From NCBI GenBank assembly GCA_022813865.1, contig JALDZX010000015.1, positions 310,001 through 374,000 of the forward strand: a stretch of DNA of 64,000 nt. The letters run 5' to 3'. The position numbers and the translations under genes were made by a program. This stretch comes from Xylographa opegraphella. Taxonomy: Eukaryota. Shown piece by piece: positions 36,153 through 47,748 of this stretch (within the stretch, counting starts at the first letter, position 1; the number at the start of each line of letters is the position of its first letter). A model generated the notes under the pieces. It was not told the origin of the DNA. It saw only the letters and a program-made list of their open reading frames with translations, and did not search any database.

Positions 36153-36794
36153 ATGAACAAACTCAAGAAGATATTCAAGCACGACAACGCCGACAAGGGC
36201 AGCACCGCAGCCTCCTCCTCGGCCGCATCCTCCTCGACGCCCACCCAATCCAACTACGCCTCCACCCAGCCCACCACCCAACCCACCACCCAATCCTCCA
36301 CCACCTCCGGCATCGACCCCGCCTCCGCCTCCGGCGTCCTCCTCACCACCAACTACGGCCCCATCACCATCGCCCTCTACAAAGACCAAGTGCCCAAAAC
36401 GACGCGCAACTTCGCCACCCTGTGCGCCACGCACAAGTACGACAACGTCATCTTCCACCGCATCATCCCGGGCTTCATGATCCAGGGCGGCGACCCCACC
36501 GGCACCGGCACCGGCGGCAAGAGCATCTACGGCGGCAAGTTCGAGGACGAGTTCGACAGCAGCCTGACGCATGCGGCCAAGGGCGTGCTGAGCATGGCGA
36601 ACAGCGGGCCGAACACGAACGGCAGCCAGTTCTTCATCACGCTGGGGCCGACGCCGCATCTGAACGGGAAGCATACCGTCTTCGGGCAGGTGGTGGATGG
36701 GATGGAGGTCGTGGATGCGATTGGGAGCGTGAGGACCGGGGAGCAGGATCGGCCGGTGAAGGATGTCATGATCTTGAAGTCGGAGGTGTTCTGA
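36153..36794 (+). CDS. Cyclophilin-type peptidyl-prolyl isomerase with S/T/Q-rich N-terminal extension, intronless
   Basis: [60 protein letters not shown]. Confidence 0.95.
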   Translation: MNKLKKIFKHDNADKGSTAASSSAASSSTPTQSNYASTQPTTQPTTQSSTTSGIDPASASGVLLTTNYGPITIALYKDQVPKTTRNFATLCATHKYDNVIFHRIIPGFMIQGGDPTGTGTGGKSIYGGKFEDEFDSSLTHAAKGVLSMANSGPNTNGSQFFITLGPTPHLNGKHTVFGQVVDGMEVVDAIGSVRTGEQDRPVKDVMILKSEVF

Positions 36795-37270
36795 GGCGGC
36801 GGGGAGAAAGAGTGTGTCTTTTACGCTGGCATACATACACATGCATACATACGGCAAGATATGGGACCGGTGCGCCTGACTGTATCAATAATCAGACGAG
36901 CACACCATGTTGGCTTGCACAGCCAATGTAGCATTGAATATTGAAATATGAACTTTACCGTCATATCTACCGAACGAAGTTGCAGGCAGGTTTGAATCAA
37001 CATTACATGGCCATGAGTATCATAGTTTTCGTGCCGAATGAGTGTATTCATCTCCTTGGAATTCGGTGAGCTCGGTATCCAGGAACAAACAACCTAGAAA
37101 TTACCAGGAGCGCGTGCCATGATTCCTCATAGACTCAAGTCCCTGGGCATTTTTACAGAGTGGTAATCATTGCACGTAACTCTTGTGCAACATTTGGCCC
37201 AATGGAAATCCAGTTACTTCATTAGCAAGTGTCAGCAGTAACTGTGCTCCCTTCGAGTCTATGCTGAGTT

Positions 37271-37455
37271 GATATGCCACAAGACACTGATATGCCACAA
37301 GACACTGATATGCCACAAGACACTGATATGCCACAAGACACTGCTATGCCACCAGACACTGCTATGCCACCAGACACTGCTATGCCACCAGACACTGATA
37401 TCCATCAAAAGACACTGATATCCATCAAAAGACACTGATATCCATCAAAAGACAA
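37271..37455. repeat. Minisatellite of ~10 units (18-20 bp) in three ordered variant blocks
   Basis: GATATGCCACAAGACACT x4, GCTATGCCACCAGACACT x3, GATATCCATCAAAAGACACT x~3. Confidence 0.95.
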
Positions 37456-37463
37456 GACACACC

Positions 37464-39198
37464 TCAACTATAATCATACACCCCACCATCATCCTCATCC
37501 CCATCCTCACCCTCATACTCATCCTCCCCCTCCCTCTGCCCCGCCTCATAAAACTCCACCAAAGCCTCCACCGCCCCCTCCAAGACCCCTCTCGTCCGCC
37601 CATCCACGCCCACCACAGTCTCCACAAGCTCGCGTGCGCTCTGCACCAGATCTTTCCGCTCCCGGCACATGCCCTCAAGCACACTCATACACAAAGGGGC
37701 GATATCGATCCCGCATGCATAGAGACGCAGGACGACCTCGAGCGCGTCGTCTGCGGAAGCGGTGTCGTCTCCTTGCAGCCAGAAGCCCAGGGCGCCGATT
37801 TGTGATATCACGAGGGGGTCCTGCGCCATGAGGCGGAGATCGGAGGGTTTGGAGGACTCGCTCATGGCGTTGTATCGGTCGCAGAGACTCTCGATGGTGA
37901 AGCGGATGGCTTCGCCGATATCGTCGCGTAACTTGAGGATGAGATCGAAGGGCAGGGACGTAGTGTCCGTGTTTTCGTCCTCATCCTCCGCCTGAAGGAT
38001 GTAGTCGAGATGGGCAAAGACGAGGTCGTAAGACGCAGCCAGCCGACTCGACGTATCTGGATAAGTGGGACTGGTTAAAACTTCCGATAGGGAGGGAAGA
38101 GTGGCGCGGATGTCGATCAGTAGGGTGGTTGAAAAGATATAACAGCGAGGCACTTTTCCGGACTTGCGGGACGGATCAAAGAAGATGGGTTTAAATTGCG
38201 GAAACTGCTCCAAAAGCAATCTTGCTAGAACAACGATAGAGCCTTGCAGGCCTCGGTCGGAATTGTAGTGCTTCGTTCCATATTCCTGCATCAGATCAAT
38301 GAGTGGCTTTAGCCACCCCAGCACCTCTGTACGAGGGTCCAGGCTCACAGCGGTAAGCATAGACAGAGCCTCAAATAGCTTATAAAACCAGTCGAGCAGA
38401 CATTTTGTTGCGGCGCCATCCTGGTATGTATTCTTCAGAAGTGTGCCCAATAACACGTCTAGCCGCTGTAGAATTTCCTGCATGGGGGTCTCGGTAGCCT
38501 CAGAACCAGATAAGCCGACATCGATGAACGTTCTTGATATTATTTCAAGGATCATAGGCTGTTCAGGAGCCTGCTCCAAAAGTGAGACCCAACAGTAGGG
38601 CGTTGCAGTACTATCATACAAGAGGCGAGCACCAGCTGAAGTGGTTGCAAGAGAAAGTAGAGTCTGAATTATCTCTATCGATATCGTTGTGGAACTGAGC
38701 ATGATAAGCCCCTACATTATAGACATAGTCCAAGACGACCAAACGACAGTACCTTAGAGGCTTTTCTACTACCAAAGCATGTATTCTCAAATTCCACGAC
38801 CTACGACTCTTATCGGTTGATTGTCCAGCGACAAGTAGGTCTTGTAGCTGCTGTGTCGGTAGCAAGGAGATGAAGGTGTGCAGCACAGTAACCCCGAGCT
38901 CGAACTTGATCTGAGCCTCCTCCTTGCTCTTGACATCCTCCTTATCATTGGTAACCTTCGCACGGAGTAGACGTGTCAGGAAAGAGTCCGGTATAGCATG
39001 CCAGCATTTGAGAATTAGATCATAATTCCCTTGAATTCCTTCGAGATATCTCATGAGGAGCGTCAGTCCCACGAATCGCTGCGTATCGTCCTTGCTCTTC
39101 AAACATGCGAATATTTGCTCCAATCCGGCAGGGCGGTTAAGTGGTAGCGTCTGGTCCTCCAGCTCCACCACTGCCAGCTGATCTGTCGGTGCCTCCAT
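37464..39198 (-). CDS. Neurochondrin-like ARM-repeat protein; intron ~38696-38752
   Basis: LKSKDDTQRFVGLTLL, FLTRLL, LLIDIRATLPSL, RLAASYDLV, LILKLRDDIGEA; acidic C-terminal tail. Confidence 0.75.
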
Positions 39199-39511
39199 GC
39201 TGGGTTGCTGAAGATTGCTCGCTATGACGAGGCTGCGCTACCGCTCGATATCTGAGAAATCTCTTGACGACGTAGCGGTCTATGATGTCCCACCATTGTA
39301 AAGCGCCCCAGACCAAAGTGGCATAGCGGAGCACCGTGGCTTCGCGTTGTGAAAGGTAGAGATCTGCCATAGTGGAGTTGCTTTACCGATGAGGTTGAAA
39401 AGTGCTCTAAATCCTCCCCAGTGAAAACACGCTAGCGAGATCCCTGTCATGGATTTGAGCTTCACGAAAGTCTTTCAACGACGACAAAGGATCCATATTT
39501 TTCTATAGACG

Positions 39512-40129
39512 ATGTCGGTCGCCAATCCACTAGTCACTCGGTGCTGCGCACGTTCTATTCGAGCCTACTCTAGTCCCTCTATCTGCGTCCTCCCCTCCAT
39601 CTCACATCACCGGCAACGGGTACCTTCGCGGCGATGGGCAACCACAACAAGTCCGAAGGTGGCAGGAATAGTCGATCAGATCAGTCAACTGACGTTGCTT
39701 GAGACCGCAGACTTGGTATCAAGTCTAAAGGTACTTTTCTCTGCCTTGCTACTCTCCTTTGAATACAATTCTACTCGCCAGGAACTAAATCCTGATCTGT
39801 TGTAGTCGAAACTGAACATCCCCGACATGCCAATGGGTGGCTTCGGTGCCGCCGCTCCAGCGGCAGCTCCAGCGCCGGTGGAAGAGGAGGAAGCCGCTCC
39901 AGCAGCGCAGGAGAAAACATTATTCACCCTGACACTCAAGTCGTTTGACACGGCGGCGAAGCCGAAGATCATCAAGGAGATCAAGAGTATGCTTGGATTG
40001 AGCTTGGTGGATAGTAAGAAGTTCGTGGAGAGTGCACCGAAGCAGATGAAGGAAGGCATACCCAAGGACGAATGCGAAAAGATAATAGCGACCATGAAGG
40101 CGCTGGGAGGCGTGGTGGTCATGGAGTAA
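39512..40129 (+). CDS. MNP1: Mitochondrial ribosomal protein bL12m; intron 39731-39805
   Basis: Presequence; IVDQISQLTLLETADLVSSLK|SKLNI; Ala hinge; KPKIIKEIKSMLGLSLVDSKKFVESAP. Confidence 0.95.
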
Positions 40130-40395
40130 TGACTTACTTGGAAGCATTTGCATTTTCTTCCGGGGCATAAGACAGATCGGATTCTAAATGTAGATACAAG
40201 AATCAAGGAAGCGCCGCTGATATCTTTACCATCGATTCACTATCCACTCAAATCCAAAAACAACTGGCATTGACATGTTCAGAAAGCTCGGATCATTATT
40301 GACATTTGACACTTCGTGGTGAATGCCGCTCTCATTTATGTCATTCTCATTCATAATCCCCCAAACGCCGATCCCAGGGTATCATAGCACACCAC

Positions 40396-41223
40396 TCAAT
40401 CGGCCTCCACAGCCTGCCGCCTTTCCATCGCATCCTCCTCAGCTTGCAAGAAGTCATCCTCCCCGATTTCACTCGCCTCGTCCCACAACTTCTCAAACTC
40501 CTCGTCCTCGGAGCCCACGCCCCAGATGCTTTCCTTCAGCCGCTTGTGGCGTTCCCGATCTTCCTCTATCCGCTGCTCGATCTGTCGTTTGTCCAAGCGC
40601 AGGACGCCGTTCGGCTTCAGCACGGGTTGAGCTACATTGGACCCTCGTTGCTCGTTGGCGTCGATGGGCGATAAGGCCGTGTGTTCGGGGAGGGTGTCTC
40701 GCTCCTTGAGACAGGCTTCGATCTCGGTGACGGTGTCGGGCTCCAGGATGGATTTTTGCTGCAGGCCTTGTAGGACCTGGGCTTGTATCAGCACACGCGC
40801 CACTCCCCGTTACGCGATCAGTGGCCTTACCCTCCTGACGACCTTCACGTTCGCTGCGCCAGCTCCATCACTGGGCGCAACGGCATCCACCACCTGGAAG
40901 ATATCTTTCTGCACCATGCGGACGAAGTTCAGGTGGTTCTCGCGCTGCGCCATGTCGCATAAATGCTCAATGAAGTACATGATATTCGCCCGATTATTCA
41001 TTGAATTCTGAAAAAAAGAAAAAAGTCCGTCAGAATACATGGCCGCAAACCAGCTAGGGTGACTTACTCGTTCCAGTTGCTCAAGGATACACGAGTGTAG
41101 ATCCTCATCCATATCCCGGTACTTCAGGGCATAATGAGCGGCCTTTTGAGAGGAGGTGGCGGAGGCATTCAGGTGCTGTAGTTGAGCGGTAAATCGCATC
41201 CGCACCTCGAACGGGTCTGCCAT
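40396..41223 (-). CDS. CTK3: CTD kinase I gamma subunit, 3 exons
   Basis: MADPFEVRMRF...ALKYRDMDEDLHSCILEQLE | NSMNNRANIMYFIEHL ... QIEQRIEEDRERHKRLKESIW. Confidence 0.93.
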
Positions 41224-41461
41224 GATACGTGTCTTGAGAGAAGAAAACCCTACTTCAGGAAGAAGGCTTGCTTGCGGAAGTGTATCGCAGTGCGGCAGCA
41301 AAGGCGGTGAAAGGCGGCAGAATGCGGAGTTTACCCCGGAATTTTTTTTCTCGTAACTGGCCCCGTCAGCGTCGTTCACTTTTTGTGAGCAGCTGATCCG
41401 GGGTTCTCATATATGAATCCGACATAGAAACCGCAAGATCCCTGTGTATCCTCTCCCAGCC

Positions 41462-42548
41462 ATGGCCAATCTACTCAATGGCACGAATGGCAGCGACGCC
41501 CAAAGCGGCGACCTGACTCTGACAGTGCTGGGATGCGGTACCGAACCTCCCTGCCCACAATGCGCGGAACCACAACGACGACGACTAACGCAGCCCAGGC
41601 ACCCTCGGCACCTGCATCCTCTCCGGAATCCTCTCCTCCCTCGCCGACCTGCAGCAGCCTACCCTCCACGCCCAACAAACCCCTTCCGGCCTCAGCACCC
41701 CGGCCGAAGACCTCCCGACGACGATCCCGCGGCGCTTCATCGCGTGCGTAACCAGCGCGCCGTCCGCGCGACGCATCGAGAAAACCCTCGCGCCCCTCAC
41801 CGACCGGCTCACAGTGCTGCAGAACGAGAACGTCCGCGGCGCGGCGGCGGCGGACGTCGTGCTCCTCGGGTGCAAGCCGTACAACCTCGAAGCGGTGCTC
41901 GCGGAGCCGGGCATGCGGGCCGCGTTGCGGGGCAAGCTGCTCATCAGCATCCTCGCCGGCGTGCCGGTCGCGCAGATCGAAGACACCCTCTACCCTCCTC
42001 ACGGCAGCGGCAGCGGCATGGATGCGGCGGAGGAGAAGCAACCGCGGTGCCGCATCGTGCGCGCACTCCCCAACACAGCCTCCATGCTGCGCGAATCTAT
42101 GACCGTGATCGCGACCTCGACCCCCCCCCTCCCGCCCCCCCTCTCCGCCCTCGTCACCTGGATATTCACACGCATCGGCCCCGTGCGGGCGATCAACCCG
42201 GCGCTGATGGACGTCTGCACCGCGCTCTGCGGCTCCGGCCCCGCGTTTTTCTCGCTCTTCATGGAAGCCATCGCCGACGGCGCGGTGGCGATGGGCCTGC
42301 CGCGCAAGGAAGCGCTGTTCATGGCGGCGCAGACGATGAAGGGCACGGCGGCCCTGATCCTCGAGGGCGAGCACCCGGCCATCCTGCGCGACAAGGTCAG
42401 CACGCCCGGCGGCTGCACCATCGGCGGCCTGCTGGTGCTCGAGGAGGGCAGCTTGCGCGGCACGGCGGCGCGCGGCTTGCGCGAGGCGACGGTCGTGGCG
42501 AGCCAGTTGGGGAAGGGCGTGCAGGGCGTGAACGGGACGCGGTTCTGA
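41462..42548 (+). CDS. PRO3: Pyrroline-5-carboxylate reductase; intron 41538-41598
   Basis: VLGCG|TLG Rossmann motif, VLLGCKP, LISILAGV, RALPNT, TALCGSGPAF, VSTPGGCTIGGL. Confidence 0.96.
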
Positions 42549-42646
42549 GGCGCTTGTTTTACACGTATTGTTGTCCATTGGGGCCTTTTTTGCTTGGGTT
42601 TTTTAGAGGGCGGCTGTGGTAGATAGTTAGATAGGTAGATACCCCT

Positions 42647-43320
42647 CCCCCCCCCCCCCCCAACCTGGATCTTTCTACGCTCTACGCCACCGGCCCACCC
42701 TCGCGACCGCGAAAGCCACGTCTCCCAACTCCTCGAGACACCCAATTCCACCACCCCTCGTCAAGCCCCACCAGCGCCAGCACCGAAAGCTCCCTTCATC
42801 CTCTCCCGCTGTTCCAAGAACAATCTTCCCCGGTGTCCCCACCCCTCCTCCACCCCTCCCGCATTCCGCTATCCCGTCGTCTCCCCTTCCCGTCCCCATC
42901 CCATCCCATCCCGCATGATGGCAAAGTCCACCATAGCCAGAACTATGAGCCCGCACACCCACCATCTTCTGCTTCCAGTCCCCTCCCTTCCCAATCCGCT
43001 TCCCACCCCTCCCAATCCGCTTCACTCCCTTTCCGTGCACGACATGACATGACATAACATAATACGGAATCAGGAGCGCGCCAACCAGCCAGACAGCCAG
43101 CCAGCCAGAATTACATACTAGCGGAGAACTCCGGTGTTGATACAAGGGAGGAAGGAAGGAAGGAAGCAAGCAAGGAACGTAGGGAAGGAAGGAAGCAAGG
43201 AACGTAGGGAAGGAAGCTAGAGAACGGTGTGGAATGAGATCTATACCAGGACCCCGCATTGGGGGGGGGGGACATGCAGCCCGCAGGAGGACGACCACGC
43301 ACGGAACGCATAAACACGCC

Positions 43321-43357
<37 letters not shown>

Positions 43358-43360
43358 ACA
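42647..43360. repeat. Simple-sequence cluster: poly-C, (CCAT)/(CAGC)/(GGAA)n, poly-G, (CA)n
   Basis: C run ~42647-42661; duplicated GGAAGCAAGGAACGTAGGGAAGGAAG ~43150-43216; G run 43261-43272; (CA)n 43324-43360. Confidence 0.85.
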
Positions 43361-44063
43361 TCCACCCCCGGCTCCGGACCAGCGAAGCATGAAACCCAGC
43401 CACAAGAGCGAGCGGCAAGAAATTAGAGCGCACGGCACAAGTCACAAGTCACAAGCATGCACCAGCAAGCCAGCATTCACCCATCCATTCTCCTCCGAAA
43501 CAAGCCGGGCTATGTACACGAAAGCCGAGGCCAGGTCTAGCACACACCCCCACACAGCCACAGCAACAACTACAACTTTTCTCCCCCACCGAGCGCGGAA
43601 CCGCCAGGCGGGGCGAACACAAACCGGCGCCCCCAGCCGAACAGAAAAAGGGCCCTCTCGCAAGGCAATCTCCTTCCGACCCGCTTTTCCGAGCCATTCT
43701 TTTCCTCTGCGTCCATTGCGCCCCTTTTTCTTGCCGACAGGCGCGAGCCCGGACTAGGTATATTATACACACAAAGCTGTAGATGAAAAGCATTATACAG
43801 AGTAAAAAAAAACCCGGCTGGCACGAAATCGAAAGGAAGGTGTGAAGGAGCCCTAAACGTGACGAAGCACACCCAGGCCGTGAAGGTGGCGGTAGAAAAA
43901 CCAAAGACAGCTGCGCCGACACCGGACCGGGATATCTCGTCGCTAAAATGCTACAGATGATGAGAAGCAAGAAAATGAGAGTCGTAAGGTGTAGGCGTCC
44001 GAGGAGGACAGGCTACTCATCAACGCTGTCGTCGTCCGGACGGTCGATCGGTGTAAGAAGTTT

Positions 44064-47000
44064 TTACTTCGCATGGGTCTGCCACCGAAGGCCCCGCGCA
44101 ATCTTCTCAAGGTCGATTTTGTCTCTGCTGCCCTCTTTGTCCTTGCTATGCCCCTTGGGGACGGCGTGTGCCGCTTCCCGGGGCTCGAGCAGAAGGCTCC
44201 TCCGATAGTGGTTCTGGATACCGGCATCGTCTGAGCTTCTGACCCGAACAAGTTGATCCTGCATCCAAGTCTGCAGCTCGGGGATTTCTTGAAATCGATA
44301 CGGGATTTGGAACCGTTGGAGCTCGGAGATGACCTTCGCAGTCTTCATATGCTTGTCGAAATTGATGACAGAGGTAGATTCCTCGACCTTACTGCCAGTG
44401 CCGGGCAGTTGACGCGTCGACGTGTTCCCCATATCCACGAAAGCGAGATCGGTGAGGTAGATGCCCACGAATGGAAGGCATGGCGCGACTTGGTTCTGCA
44501 GACGTTGACGTAAGACGGTGTAGTTCTTGGAAATGTCAACTATCGCTCTAAGTTTTTCCAGGGTGGCAACCGTCTTGGCAGAGACCAGGGGCCACGTCCG
44601 CGTCAGTCGTTGAATTGCGGTGGAGTTCAGAGAGCAGACGATTGCCATCAGGGAATCGTAGTTGTTCAGATCAAGGCACCTCGAAGCAATCTTCACCCAT
44701 TGCTTGATAAGCTTCGCTCGCTTGTGGTTGTCTTCGAATTGAAGGACACATTCTGCGACAAGGTTCGCCAGATCCGTTGACAGCGTGGACATGGCACGAA
44801 TATTGACAGACATCGAAGCCGATTTCTTCATCCATTCGAGTGCGATCAATTCCTCCGGGAGGATAGAACAGTATAAGCGAGACACTTTGAGAGTCAATTG
44901 GCGCGCAAGCTCAAGCGGATCGAAATCGAGAATGCTAACATGAGAGCCAGACTTTTTCCAATTCCTGAGTGACGATAGCTGGCTCCTGGTGATGATTGCG
45001 GTCGGCATTGGCGTGTCGGGTGCAACGTACTTGGCAACAGAAGTATTTGTCTTCCCCATCGACGACACAAGACGAGGAACCAAGGGGCCATTCAAATCCG
45101 AGACCTTCAAGGCTAGATCCATCAGACGTTTGCCGGTGGAAGGGATCGTGTTCGCCAGGGTTTCCGCCGCAAAAGGCAGGATCAAGTCCAATGCTGGCCG
45201 ATCGCAGTCCATCCTCCAGTGCGATTCCAACCAGCCCTTGAAGACGTTAAACACACGTAAGCGTACCGGAGTCGCATTACGGGCATTGTCGCCGACATAG
45301 TTGAATCGATCAATCAGGGCTTGAGCAAATTCTTGTGGAGTTGTGAATAAGCGGAACGTGAGATAAAATGTGGACACGAAGAGTGCATCGGGAGTAGAGT
45401 CATCTGTCGTCAGACGTTCAATCAGAGCAGGCAGAGTTCCTCCACTGATTTGGCCATCTTTGTTGAACACGAGCTCGTGTGCATAAGTCTTCTCGCGTAT
45501 CTTAGCCTCACTCTCGAGGGTCTCATCGTCGAGCGTCGACTCGCTGCCAGAGAAGCTATCACTCATCGATTGGAAAGCACCGGTCCGCGAGAAGATATCA
45601 GGAGACGTGACGCGCGTGGAAGTGGAAGAAAGAAGACTTCGTTCGGAGTCTCGCATACTTCCAATATAGGTACTACCACTGCTGGAGAGATCACTGCTCA
45701 TGGTTCGGTAACCTTTCACTTTGGAGAAGTTGGGCGTGTTGGAGTCGTCGGACGATGGTTGTGACACCGGACTATCATCTGCGGCTCCTGGCAACGCATC
45801 ATCCGAATGTGGCAGTGCACGATTCGATGGATGTGTCGAGTTCCCTTCGTGGTCAAGGACGGGCATTTCGCTATTCGCGGGTACCTGGGGAGGTGTAGCA
45901 TCAATTGTGGACAGTGTCGTAGCCGTTCCTTGAGAAGGCGGGGGAGGCGGTCTGTTCAATGGCTGCGAGGGAACTGATGCCGAGTCTTCGAAGGTGGATG
46001 CTTCTGTCGATTGACCTTGCTCCTCGGTGCTTTGCGACGACAAGAACTCGACCCCATCGAACGCTGAGACGCCCGGTCCGGTGACCTCGAAATCGAAGTC
46101 GCCGATCCTTTCGAGGACGAAGCGGGTTTGAGCCACACAGTCCCCAGCACTTCGAATGCACAGGGTCGCGGCATCGATGAGCCGTTTCCCATCGTCCTCA
46201 CTCAGGGACTCCGGCTCCGAAGGATACGCAGGCTGGAATATATCCTTTGCCACGTACACCAGGTCCGACAGCTTTCCATACATGTTGCTGCGAGCTGTGT
46301 CGAGAGATTCCGATCGGCGAAAGTCGCGTTCGCATACTGTGTCTACGATATTGAGGAGTCTCTGGCACGCCAAGACCGCCTGGTGAGTGGTGATGAGGAC
46401 CTCGGTCGACGTTCGCGATGGAAGATGGAGACCGAGGAAGCTCCCCAGAAAGCTTAAGAAGTTGTCGTGAGCTGCCGAGAGTTTCTCGGACACCAGGTCC
46501 TGACTCTGCAAATGCGTCGATACTCTGGAGGAGGACGGGCGATACAACAACGAGAGTCGTCTGCTCTGTGCAGACGACGGCTGCGCATTGTCGTTGTTCG
46601 AACGCGCAGTTCCCGGCCGTACCAGGATGGGCGATGCGCGGCTGTAACGTTTGCTTGCCTGTTCCCGGCTTTCCCGCATGATGGTCGCACCGTCATTTAC
46701 CGTCGAAACCCGTTGCGTCGCATTTGGTTGGTCGTCGGTAACAGGATCGATGTCGCCCGCAGCACCAAAACACACTCGATCCGCTGGTGGTGTGAGAGGT
46801 GCGCTACTGCCACTTTGTGGGATATCAATGGCATCCATGCCAGCTATCGATGCATCGATCGATGTCTCAAGCTCGACCTCATCATTCCACAAGTCAAAGA
46901 ACCTGACTCCTCTGAGCACCATCTTAAAGGCCATCATGACGAGGTTCTCCCAGTCGTCGTCGTCCATGTCACCTATGGGTCCTTGCGACATTTTAATCAT

Positions 47001-47748
47001 GACTTGAAGGTCCGCCAGAAGAGCCTTGCGATTGCGTCGCAAACTTGCATTCGTTTCAATCAGATGATCTTCCTTGGTCAAGCAACGCGTTTGCGCCTAC
47101 GAAATTGTGAGCGATAGATGTTCCAAAACAGGCTGCACGATACAATTCGTGGACGTGCAGCTGCTGGGGACTTACCAGTAGGTACCGCACACCGGCTACA
47201 AGACCACGCATATACTCACCGTTGAGGAAGACCAGACGAGCTTCGTCGCTGGTGCGATAGACCAGATCCCAAAAGGCCGTCAAGGCCTTCATGAGATGGC
47301 ACATCGGTTCGTGGTCGTACGCGACACAGTAGTTCGTCGGCAACCAGCCGCGAGCACCGGACATCAAAAGGGTGCCATCGGCCCAGCCATTGGGTTGGAC
47401 GGAATGCACGAGCACCAGGTCGCCTTCGTTGAGAGGCAATGTCACGGTCGATGATGAAGCGTCGAGATGAGGATGAAACGGGTAGAAAGCACGAAGATAG
47501 TTGTGGAATTGTAGTTGCTGTGGTTGATCTTGCGGACCGATGACCTCGACAGACGTCTGCGGAGTCAGTGGAGGTGTCATTTGCGACTCCCGACGCGTCA
47601 CCTGTACCGCTCGAGAAGGTTGCGAATGGATGGGAAACGAGGACGAGGAAGTCGATGAGCTGTGCGAGGTGGTATTACTTCCCGTGGGTTTGTGCTTGAT
47701 GATGCTGAGAGGTGCAATGAAGATACTCGACCGGTGGGTTTCCTCCAT
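44064..47748 (-). CDS. Ras guanine-nucleotide exchange factor (SH3 + REM + RasGEF, Cdc25-like); intron 47097-47175
   Basis: SH3 LRAFYPF...GWADG...RGWLPTNY; REM GGTLPALIERLT...FYLTFRLFTTP; GEF DPLELARQLT, LNNYDSLMAI, PCLPFVGIYLTDL, INFDK. Confidence 0.93.

Noticed and set aside
37271..37455. CRISPR-like array
   Set aside because: Units are contiguous with no unique spacers, the context is eukaryotic and there are no cas genes.
41475..42578. Long antisense or alternative-frame ORFs over PRO3 (also over ARO2, cyclophilin and the 33-34 kb gene)
   Set aside because: Shadow ORFs caused by high GC3; the recognisable protein is in another frame.
42675..43445. 256-aa minus-strand ORF with CVCVCV
   Set aside because: Translation of microsatellites between convergent genes.
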